Shown in pieces: positions 41,791 to 51,308 of a stretch of DNA of 64,000 nucleotides. Position numbers and translations under genes: made by a program. Origin of the DNA: Mobula hypostoma (Eukaryota); contig NC_086097.1 in NCBI RefSeq assembly GCF_963921235.1, positions 216,568,001-216,632,000 on the forward strand. Direction: 5' to 3'. Within the stretch, counting starts at the first letter, position 1; each line of letters starts with the position of its first letter. The notes beneath the pieces were generated by a model, which ran no database searches, was not told the DNA's origin, and worked only from the letters and a program-made list of their open reading frames with translations.

Positions 41791-43308
41791 AGCAACACAT
41801 GCAAAATGCTGGAGGAACTCAGCAGTCCAGGGAGCAACTATGGATAAAAAGTACAGTAGACTTTTCCGGCCAAGAACTTTCAGCAGGACTGGAGAGAAAA
41901 AAAATGATGAGTACATTTAAAAGAGAGGCAAGAGAAAAACACAAGGTGATAAGTGAAAATGTGAGGGGGAGGGGTGAAGTAAGAAGTTGGGAAGTTGATT
42001 GGTGAAAGAGATAAAGGGCTGATAGGAGAGGACAGAAGGCCATGGAAGAAAGAAAAGTGGGGAGTAGCACCAGAGGGAGGCGGTGGACAGGCTGGGAGAT
42101 GAGGTGAGAGGGGAAAAGGCGATGGGAAATGGTGAGGTGGGGGGGGGGGCATCACTGTAGTTTGAAAAATCGATGTTAATGGCATCAGGTTGGAGGTTAA
42201 CCAGACAGAATCTAAGGAGTTATTCCTCCTACCTGAGTGTGGCTTCATCTTTACAGTAAACGAGGCCGTGGATAGACATATCAGAATGGGAATGGGACGT
42301 GGAATTAAAATATGTGGCCACTGGGAGATCCTGTTTTCTCTGGCAGACAGAGCGTAGCTGTTCAGCGAAACGATCTCCCAGTCTGCGTCGGGTCTCGCCA
42401 ATATACAGAAGGCCACATCGGGAGCACCGGACGCAGTACATCACCCCAGCCGACTCACAGGTGACAAGTCACCTCACCTGGAAGGACTGTCTGGGGCCCT
42501 GAATGGTGGTAAGGGAGGAAGTGTAAGGGCATGTGCAGCACTTGTTCCGCTTACAAGGATAAGTGCCAGGAGGGAGATCAGTGGGGAGGGATGGGGGGGA
42601 AGAATGGACAAGTGAGTCACGTAGGGAGCGATCCCTGCAGAAAGCAGAGAGAGGTGGGGGGAGGGAAAGATGTGCCTAGTGGTGGGATCCCGTTGGAGCT
42701 GGCAGACGTTACGGAGAATATGTTGGACCCGGAGGCTGGTGGGGTGGTAGGTGAGGACAAGGGGAACCCTATTCCTAGTGGGGTGGCGGGAGGATGGAGT
42801 GAGAGCAGATGTGCGTGAAATGGGGGAGATGTGTTTGAGAGCAGAGTTGATGGTGGAGGAAGGGAAGCCCCTCTCTTTAAAAGAGGAGGACATCTCCCTC
42901 GTCCTGGAATGAAAAGCCTCATCCTGAGAGCAGATGCGGCGGAGATGGAGGAATTGCAAGAAGGGGATGACATTTTTCCAAGAGACAGTGTGAGAAGAGG
43001 AATAGTCCAGATAGCTGTGAGAGTCAGTAGGCTTATAGTAGACAACAGTAGATAAGCTGTCTCCAGAGATAGAGACAGAAAGATCTAGAAAGGAGAGGGA
43101 GGTGTCGGAAATGGACCAGGTAAACTTGAGGGCAAGGTGAAAGCTGGACGCAAAGTTAATGAAGTCAACGAGCTCAGCATGCGTGCAGGAAGCAGTGCCA
43201 ATGCAGTCGTTGATGTAGCGAAGGAAAAGTGGGGGACAGATACCAGTATAGGCTTGGAACATGGAATGTTCCACAAAGCCAACAAAAAGGCAGGCATAGC
43301 TAGGACCT
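41791..43308 (-). mobile_element. Penelope-like element (RT 3' half, GIY-YIG endonuclease, pseudo-LTR)
   Basis: GPSYACLF, RYI(N)D, FLD, VYYKPTD..YL, VPLVLTYHP, YCVRCSRCGLLYIGET motifs. Confidence 0.9.
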
Positions 43309-45504
43309 ATCAATGCTTTCTGCAATCTTCGACAATCCTCTACACTATCTACAACACCACCAACCTTTGTGTCGTCTGCAAACTTGCCAACCCACCCTTC
43401 TACCCCCACATCCAGGTTGTTAATAAAAATCACAAAAAGTAGAGGTCCCAGAACAGATCCTTGTGGGACACCACTAGTCACAACCCTCCAGTCTGAATGT
43501 ACTCCCTCCACCATGACATTCTGCCTTCTGCAGGCAAGCCAATTCTGAACCCACCTGGACAAACTTCCCTGGATCCCATGCCTTTGGACTTTCTGAATAA
43601 GCCTACCGTGTGGAACGTTGTCAAATGCCTTACTAAAATCCATATAGATCACATCCACTGCACTACCCTCATCTATATGCCTGGTCACCTCCTCAAAGAA
43701 CTCTATCAGGCTTGTTAGACATGATCTGCCCTTCACAAAGCCATGCTGACTGTCCCTGATCAGACCATGATTCTCTAAATGCCCATACATCCTATCTCTA
43801 AGAATCTTTTCCAACAGCTTTCCCACCACAGACGCAAGGCTCACTGGTCTATAATTACCCGGACTATCCCTACTACCTTTTTTGAACAAGGGGACAACAT
43901 TCGCCTCCCTCCAATCCTCCGGTACCCTTCCCGTGGACAACGAGGACATAAAGATCCTAGCCAGAGGCTCAGCAATCTCTTCCCTCGCATTGTGGAGCAG
44001 CCTGGGGAATATTCCATCAGGCCCCGGGGACTTATCCGTCCTAATGTATTTTCACAACTCCAACACCTCCTCTCCCTTAATATCAACATGCTCCAGAACA
44101 TCAAACTCACTCATATTGTCCTCACCATCATCAAGTTCCCTCTCATTGGTGAATACCGAAGAGAAGTATTCATTGAGGACCTCGCTCACTTCCACAGCCT
44201 CCAGGCACATCTTCTCACCTTTATCTCCAGGCACATCTTCCCACCTTTATCTGAAGGTCCTACCTTCACTCCTGTCATCCTTTTCTTCTTCACATAATTG
44301 AAGAATGCCTTGGGGTTTTCCTTTACCCTACTCGCCAAGGCCTTCTCATGCCCCCCTCTTGCTCTTCTCAGCCCCTTCTTAAGCTCCTTTCTTTCTTCCC
44401 TATATTCCTCAATAGACTCCTCTGATCCTTGCTTCCTAAACCTCATGTATGCTACCTTCTTCCACCTGACTAGATTTTCCACCTCACTTGTCACCCATGG
44501 TTCCTTCACCCTACCATTCTTTATCTTCCTCACTGGGACAAATTTATCCCTGACATCCTGCCAGAGATCTCTAAACATCGATCACATGTCCATAGTACAC
44601 TTCCCTGCAAAAACATCATCCCAATTCACACCCGCAAGTTCTAGTCTTATAGCCTCATAATTTGCCCTTCCCCAATTAAAAATTTTCCAGTCCTCTCTGT
44701 TTCTATCCTTTTCCATGATAATGCTGAAGGCCAGGGAGCGGTGGTCACTGTCCCCCAGATGCTCACCCACTGAGAGATCTGTGACCTGACCCAGTTCATT
44801 ACCTAGTACTAGATCTAGTATGGCATTCCCCCTAGTCGGCCTGTCCACATACTGTGACAGGAATCCGTCCTGGACACACTTAACAAACTCTGCCCCATCT
44901 AAAGCCTTGGAACTAATCACGTGCCAATCAATATTAGGGAAGTTAAAGTCACCCATGATAACAAGCCTGTTATTTTTGCACCTTTCCAAAATCTGCCTCC
45001 CAATCTGCTCCTCTGTATCTCTGCTGCTACTAGGGGGCCTATAGAATACCCCCAATAGAGTAACTGCTTCCTTCCATTTACTGACTTCTACCCATATTGA
45101 CTCAAAAGAGGATCCTACTACATTACCCACCCTTTCTGTAGCTGTAGTAGTATCCCCGACCAGTAATGCTACCCCTCCTCCCCTTTTCCCCCCTCTCTAA
45201 CCCTTTTAAAGCACTGAAATCCAGGAATATTGAGAATCCATCCCTGCCCTGGTGCCAGCCAAGTTTCTGTAATGGCCACTACATCATAATTCCATGTATG
45301 TATCCAAGCTCTCAGTTCATCACCTTTGTTCCTGATGCTCCTTACATTGAGGTACGCACATTTCAGCCCTTCTACCTTATTACCTTTACACCGTTTATTC
45401 TGCTTCTCTTTCCTCAAAGCCTCTCTATATGTTAGATCTGGCTTTACTCCATGCACTTCTTTCCCTGCTCTATCGCTCCGGGTCCCGTCCCCCCCTGCAA
45501 ATTA

Positions 45505-47108
45505 CAAACCCCATTTCCAGAAAAGTTGGGATATTTTCCAAAATAGAATAAAAACAAAAATCTGTGATATGTTAATTCACATGAACCTTTATTTAACTGA
45601 CAAAAGTACAAAGAAAAGATTTTCAATAGTTTTACTGACCAACTTAATTGTATTTTGTAAACATACACAAATTTAGAATTTGATGGCTGCAACACACTCA
45701 ACAAAAGTTGGGACAGAGGCATGTTTACCATTGTGTTACATCACCTTTCCTTTTAATAACACTTTTTAATCGTTTTGGAATTGAGGATACTTATTGTAAT
45801 AGATTTGCAATTGGAAATTTTGTCCATTCTTGCTTGATATAAGACTTCAGCTGATCAACAGTCCGTGGTCTCCGTTGTCTGATTCTCCTCTTCATGATGC
45901 ACCATACATTTTCAATAGGAGATAGATCTGGACTGGCAGCAGGCCAGTCAAGCACACGTACACTGTGTCTACAAAGCCATGCTGTTGTAGCCTGTGCAGA
46001 ATGTAGTCTGGCATTGTCCTGCTGAAATAAGCATGGATGTCCCAGGAAGAGACGTCGCCTTGATGGTAACATACGTCTCTCTAAAATCCTAATATACGCC
46101 TCAGAGTCAATGGTACCTTCACATACATGCAACTCACCCATGCCGTGGGCACTGATGCACCCCCATACAATGACAGATGCTGGCTTTTGCACCTATCGCT
46201 GATAACAATCTGGATGGTCCTTTTCCTCTTTGGCACGGAGAACTCGACGCCCGTTTTTTCCGAAAACTAGCTGAAATGTGGACTCATCTGACCACAGCAC
46301 ACGGTTCCACAGTCTTTCGGTCCATCTGAGATGAGCTTGGGCCCACAGAACTCGCCGGCATTTCCGCATAGAGTTGATGTATGGCTTCCTCCTTGCATAA
46401 TACAGTTTCAAGTTGCATTTCTGGATGCAGCGACAGACTGTGTTGAGTGACAATGGTTTTCCGAAGTACTCCCGAGCCCAGGTGGCTATAATTGTCACAG
46501 TAGCATGACGGTTTCTTAGGCAGTGCCGCCTGAGGGCTTGAAGATCATGCGCATTCAACAGTGGTTTCCGACCTTGCCCTTTACGCACTGAGATGTCTCT
46601 GAATTCTCTGAATCTTTTCACAATATTATGTACTGTAGATGTTGAAAAACCTAAATTCTCTGCAATCATGCGTTGAGAAATGTTCCTTTTGAACTGACTA
46701 ACAATTCTCTCATGAATTTTGGCACAAAGGGGTGAGCCACGACCCATCCTTGTGTGCAAAGACTGAGCCTTTGATAGACGCTACTTTTATACCCAGTCAT
46801 GATACCTCACCTGCTACCAATTAGCCTGCTTAATGTGGAGTCTTCCAAACCGGTGTCACTTGAATATTCTGTGTACTTTTCAATCTTATTTTAACTCTGT
46901 CCCAACTTTTGTTGAGTGTGTTGCAGCCTTCAAATTCTAAATTTGTGTATATTTACAAAATACAATTAAGTTGGTCAGTAAAACTATTGAAAATCTTTTC
47001 TTTGTACTTTTGTCAGTTAAATAAAGGTTCACGTGAATTAACATATCACAGATTTTTGTTTTTATTGCATTTTGGAAAATCTCCCAACTTTTCTGGAAAT
47101 GGGGTTTG
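45505..47108 (-). mobile_element. Full-length Tc1 element, 1604 bp, ~210-bp IR/DR-type TIRs, TA TSD
   Basis: TIRs begin CAAACCCCATTTCCAGAAAAGTTGGG at both ends. TA at 45503-45504 and 47109-47110. Internal aaaagttggga direct repeats. Confidence 0.95.
45725..46747 (-). pseudogene. Tc1 DD34E transposase, 340 codons, two premature stops, no frameshift
   Basis: MGRG..GRKP HTH linker, WSDES, QQDNA-(34)-E (SPDLSPIENVW). Stops at 46193-46195 and 45791-45793. Confidence 0.92.
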
Positions 47109-47580
47109 TAGTTTAAACCCTCCCGAACCATGCTAGCAAACCTACCTGCAAGGATATTGCTCCCCCTCGAGTTCAGGTGCAACCCATCCAATCTGTACAG
47201 GTCCCACCTTCCCCAGAAGAGATCCCAATGATCCAAAAATCTAAAACCCTGCCCCCTGCACCAACTCCTCAGCCACGCATTCAACTGCCATCTCCTCCAA
47301 TTCTTACCATCACTGTCACGTAGCACTGGCAGCAATCCTGAGAACGCCACCCTTGAGGTCCTGTTCTTCAGCCTTCTGCCTAGTTCACGAAACTCACAGT
47401 TCAGGACCTCATCTCTCTCCCTGCCTATGTCATTGGTACCAACATGTACCATGACTTCTGGTTGCTTTCCCTCTCGCACCAAGATGTCGTGCACCCGGTC
47501 AGAGACATCCTGGACCCTGGCACCCTGGAGGCAACAAACCATGCGGGTGTCCTTCTCACGTCCACAAAATCTCCTATCGA

Positions 47581-47925
47581 ATGGTGAAAGGTCTTAATAA
47601 AGCAGACTCGGGGCGGATGTTTGCTATGGTGGGAGAGTCTAAGACCAGAGGACACTGCCTCAGATTACAGGGGTGTTAATTTAGAAGACAGATGAGGAGA
47701 AGTGGTGGTGAATCTGTGGAATCTTTGCCACAGGCATGTGGAGTCAAGTACCTTTATGTATATTTTAGGCAGTGGTTGATAGATTCTTGATTGGTTCGTG
47801 CTTGAAGGGCTACGGGGGGAAGACAGGAGATTGGGGCTGAGAGGAAAATTAGATCAGCCATAATGAAATGGTGGAGCAGACTCAATGGGCCAAATAGCCT
47901 AATTCTGCTCCTATATCTTATGGTC
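47581..47925 (+). mobile_element. CR1 3' end fragment
   Basis: ggtggtgaatctgtggaat...ctcctatatcttatggtc tail. Confidence 0.75.
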
Positions 47926-48037
47926 AACAGAGATGATACATAGAAACATAGAAACATAGAAAATAGGTGCAGGAGTAGGCCATTCGGCCCTTCGAGCCTG
48001 CACCGCCATTTATTATGATCATGGCTGATCATCCAAC

Positions 48038-51000
48038 TCAGAACCCAGCCTTCCCTCCATACCCCCTGACCCCTGTAGCCACAAGGGCCATATCTAACTT
48101 CCTTTTAAACATAGCTAATGAACTGGCCTCAACAGTTTGCTGTGGCAGAGAATTCCACAGATTCACCACTCTCTGTGTGAAGAAGTTTTTCCTAACCTCG
48201 GTCCTAAAAGGCTTCCCCTCTATCCTCAAACTGTGACCCCTCGTTCTAGACCTCCCCAACATCGGGAACAATCTTCCTGCATCTAGCCTGTCCAATCCCT
48301 TTAGGATCTTATACGTTTCAATCAGATCCCCCCTCAATCTTCTAAATTCCAACGAGTACAAGCCCAGTTCATCCAGTCTTTCTTCATATGAAAGACCTGC
48401 CATCCCAGGAATCAATCTGGTGAACCTTCTTTGTACTCCCTCTATGGCAAAGATGTCTTTCCTCAGATTAGGGGACCAAAACTGCACACAATACTCCAGG
48501 TGTGGTCTCACCAAGGCCTTGTACAACTGCAGTAGTACCTCCCTGCTCCTGTACTCGAATCCTCTCGCTATAAATGCCAGCATACCGTTCGCCTTTTTCA
48601 CCGCCTGCTGTACCTGCATGCCCACTTTCAATGACTGGTGTATAATGACACCCAGGTCTCGTTGCACCTCCCCTTTTCCTAATCGGCCACCATTCAGATA
48701 ATAATCTGTTTTCCTATTTTTGCCACCAAAGTGGATAACTTCACATTTATCCACATTAAATTGCATCTGCCATGAGTTTGCCCACTCACCCAACCTATCC
48801 AAGTCACCCTGCATCCTCTTAGCATCCTCCTCACTGCTAACACTGCCACCCAGCTTCGTGTCATCCGCAAACTTGGAGATGCTGCATTTAATTCCCTCAT
48901 CCAAGTCATTAATATATATTGTAAACAACTGGGGTCGCAGCACTGAGCCTTGCGGTACCCCACTAGTCACCGCCTGCCATTCTGAAAAGGTCCCGTTTAT
49001 TCCCACTCTTTGCTTCCTGTCTGCTAACCAATTCTCCACCCACACCAATACCTTACCCCCAATACCGTGTGCTTTAAGTTTGCACACTAATCTCCTATGT
49101 GGGACCTTGTCAAAAGCCTTTTGAAAATCCAAATATACCACATCCACTGGTTCCCCCCTATCCACTCTACTAGTTACATCCTCAAAAAATTCTATGAGAT
49201 TCGTCAGACATGATTTTCCTTTCACAAATCCATGCTGACTTTGTCCGATCATTTCACCGCTTTCCAAATGTGCTGTTATCACATCCTTGATAACTGACTC
49301 CAGCAGTTTCCCCACCACCGACGTTAGGCTAACCGGCCTATAATTCCCCGGTTTCTCTCTCCCTCCTTTTTTAAAAAGTGGGGTTACATTAGCCACCCTC
49401 CAATCCTCAGGAACTAGTCCAGAATCTAACGAGTTTTGAAAAATTATCACTAATGCATCCACTATTTCTTGGGCCACTTCCTTAAGCACTCTGGGATGCA
49501 GACCATCTGGCCCTGGGGATTTATCTGCCTTCAATCCCTTCAATTTACCTAACACCACTTCCCTACTAACATGTATTTCGCTCAGTTCCTCCATCTCACT
49601 GGACCCTCTGTCCCTTACTATTTCTGGAAGATTATTTATGTCCTCCTTAGTGAAGACAGAACCAAAGTAATTATTCAATTGGTCTGCCATGTCCTTGCTC
49701 CCCATAATCAATTCACCTGTTTCTGTTTGCAGGGGACCTACATTTGTCTTTATCAGTCTTTTCCTTTTTACATATCTATAAAAGCTTTTACAGTCCGTTT
49801 TTATGTTCTCTGCCAGTTTTCTCTCATAATCTTTTTTCCCCTTCCTAATTAAGCCCTTTGTCCTCCTCTGCTGAACTCTGAATTTCTCCCAGTCCTCAGG
49901 TGAGCCACTTTCTCTGGCTAATTTGTATGCTACTTCTTTGGAATTGATACTATCCCTAATTTCTCTTGTCAGCCACGGGTGCACTACCTTCCTTGATTTA
50001 TTCTTTTGCCAAACTGGGATGAACAATTGTTGTAGTTCATCCATGCAACCTTTAAATGCCTGCCATTGCATATCCACCGTCAATCCTTGAAGTGTCATTT
50101 GCCAGTCTATCTTAGCTAATTCATGTCTCATACCTTCAAAGTTACCCCTCTTTAAGTTCAGAACCTTTGTTTCTGAATTAACTACGTCACTCTCCATGTT
50201 AATGAAGAATTCCATCATATTATGGTCACTCTTACCCAAGGGGCCTCTCACGACAAGATCGCTAATTAACCCTTCCTCATTGCTCAAAACCCAGTCCAGA
50301 ATAGCCTGCTCTCTAGTCGGTTCCTCGACATGTTGGTTCAAAAAACCATCCCGCATACATTCCAAGAAATCCTCTTCCTCAGCACCTTTACCAATTTGGT
50401 TCACCCAGTCTACATGTAGATTGAAGTCACCCATTATAACTGCTGTTCCTTTATTGCACACATTTCTAATTTCCTGTTTAATACCATCTCCGACCTCACT
50501 ACTACTGTTAGGTGGCCTGTACACAACTCCCACCAGCGTCTTCTGCCCCTTAGTGTTACGCAGCTCTACCCATATCGATTCCACATCTTCCCGGCTTATG
50601 TCCTTCCTTTCTATTGCGTTAATCTCTTTTTTAACCAGCAATGCCACCCCACCTCCCCTTCCTTCGTGTCTATCCCTCCTGAATATTGAATATCCCTGAA
50701 CGTTGAGCTCCCATCCCTGGTCACCCTGGAGCCATGTCTCTGTGATCCCAACTATATCATAATCATTAATAACAATCTGCACTTTCAATTCATCCACCTT
50801 ATTACGAATGCTCCTTGCATTGACACATAAAGCCTTCAGGCACTCTTTTACAACTCTCTTAGCCCTTTTTAATGCTTGCCCTGGATTTGTCGGCCTGCCA
50901 CTTTTACTTTTCCCCTTTGTACTTTTTGCTTCTACGCTCACTTTACACCCCTCTGTCTCTCTGCACTGGTTCCCATCCCTCTGTTGTGAACTAACCTCCT

Positions 51001-51052
51001 CACACCTAGCCGCTTTAATTTGATTCCCACCCCCCAACCATTCTAGTTTAAA
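48038..51052 (-). CDS. CR1 ORF2: APE endonuclease plus reverse transcriptase, uninterrupted (~1004 codons from the slippery site); no AUG before codon ~202
   Basis: ORF track 48038..51037 (999 aa, starts at TTG). NARS, ETW, YRPP, GDFN, SDH, PGPDG, QGS and FADD motifs. Confidence 0.9.
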   Translation of the reverse strand, partial: FKLEWLGGGNQIKAARCEEVSSQQRDGNQCRETEGCKVSVEAKSTKGKSKSGRPTNPGQALKRAKRVVKECLKALCVNARSIRNKVDELKVQIVINDYDIVGITETWLQGDQGWELNVQGYSIFRRDRHEGRGGGVALLVKKEINAIERKDISREDVESIWVELRNTKGQKTLVGVVYRPPNSSSEVGDGIKQEIRNVCNKGTAVIMGDFNLHVDWVNQIGKGAEEEDFLECMRDGFLNQHVEEPTREQAILDWVLSNEEGLISDLVVRGPLGKSDHNMMEFFINMESDVVNSETKVLNLKRGNFEGMRHELAKIDWQMTLQGLTVDMQWQAFKGCMDELQQLFIPVWQKNKSRKVVHPWLTREIRDSINSKEVAYKLARESGSPEDWEKFRVQQRRTKGLIRKGKKDYERKLAENIKTDCKSFYRYVKRKRLIKTNVGPLQTETGELIMGSKDMADQLNNYFGSVFTKEDINNLPEIVRDRGSSEMEELSEIHVSREVVLGKLKGLKADKSPGPDGLHPRVLKEVAQEIVDALVIIFQNSLDSGLVPEDWRVANVTPLFKKGGREKPGNYRPVSLTSVVGKLLESVIKDVITAHLESGEMIGQSQHGFVKGKSCLTNLIEFFEDVTSRVDRGEPVDVVYLDFQKAFDKVPHRRLVCKLKAHGIGGKVLVWVENWLADRKQRVGINGTFSEWQAVTSGVPQGSVLRPQLFTIYINDLDEGIKCSISKFADDTKLGGSVSSEEDAKRMQGDLDRLGEWANSWQMQFNVDKCEVIHFGGKNRKTDYYLNGGRLGKGEVQRDLGVIIHQSLKVGMQVQQAVKKANGMLAFIARGFEYRSREVLLQLYKALVRPHLEYCVQFWSPNLRKDIFAIEGVQRRFTRLIPGMAGLSYEERLDELGLYSLEFRRLRGDLIETYKILKGLDRLDAGRLFPMLGRSRTRGHSLRIEGKPFRTEVRKNFFTQRVVNLWNSLPQQTVEASSLAMFKRKLDMALVATGVRGYGGKAGF

Positions 51053-51308
51053 GTCACCTCAGTAGCCCCCGCTAATCTCGCTGCCAGGATATTGGTCCCC
51101 CGAGGATTTAAGTGTAACCCGTCCTTTTTGTACAGGTCACACCTGCGCCAAAAGAGGTCCCAATGATCCAAAAACTTGAATCCCTGCCCCCTGCTCCAAT
51201 CCCTCAGCCACGCATTTATCCTCCACCTCATCGCATTCCTACTCTCACTGTCGCGTGGCACAGGCAGTAATCCCGAGATTACTACCTTTGCGGTCCTTTT
51301 TCTCAACA
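51043..51308 (-). CDS. CR1 ORF1 C-terminal fragment (SGNH esterase), ending ...EVTLN*
   Basis: ORF 51043..51309 with the DGLHLN motif, 5'-truncated. Confidence 0.85.

Larger units (their letters stand above)
43309..47580 (-). mobile_element. CR1 LINE from ORF1 esterase to RT (3'-truncated at the Penelope junction), split by Tc1
   Basis: ORF1 piece 46937..47542 (GTND, DGLHLN), endonuclease 44582..45456, RT 43309-43949. Confidence 0.9.
47939..51308 (-). mobile_element. Young CR1 LINE copy 3: ORF1 3' end, intact ORF2 and tail
   Basis: (CATAGAAA)n tail, possible TSD ATACA (47936-47940 and 51309-51313), 5'-truncated within ORF1. Confidence 0.96.

Noticed and set aside
44198..44252. Tandem duplication of ~26 bp inside CR1 ORF2
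   Set aside because: An ordinary local slippage that breaks the frame. No sign of function.
51015..51041. TAG-A-ATG as a stop-start reinitiation signal for CR1 ORF2
   Set aside because: This ATG is not in the ORF2 frame, gives only MVGGWESN*, and is not conserved in the other CR1 junctions (ATA, TTG, GTT at the equivalent site).
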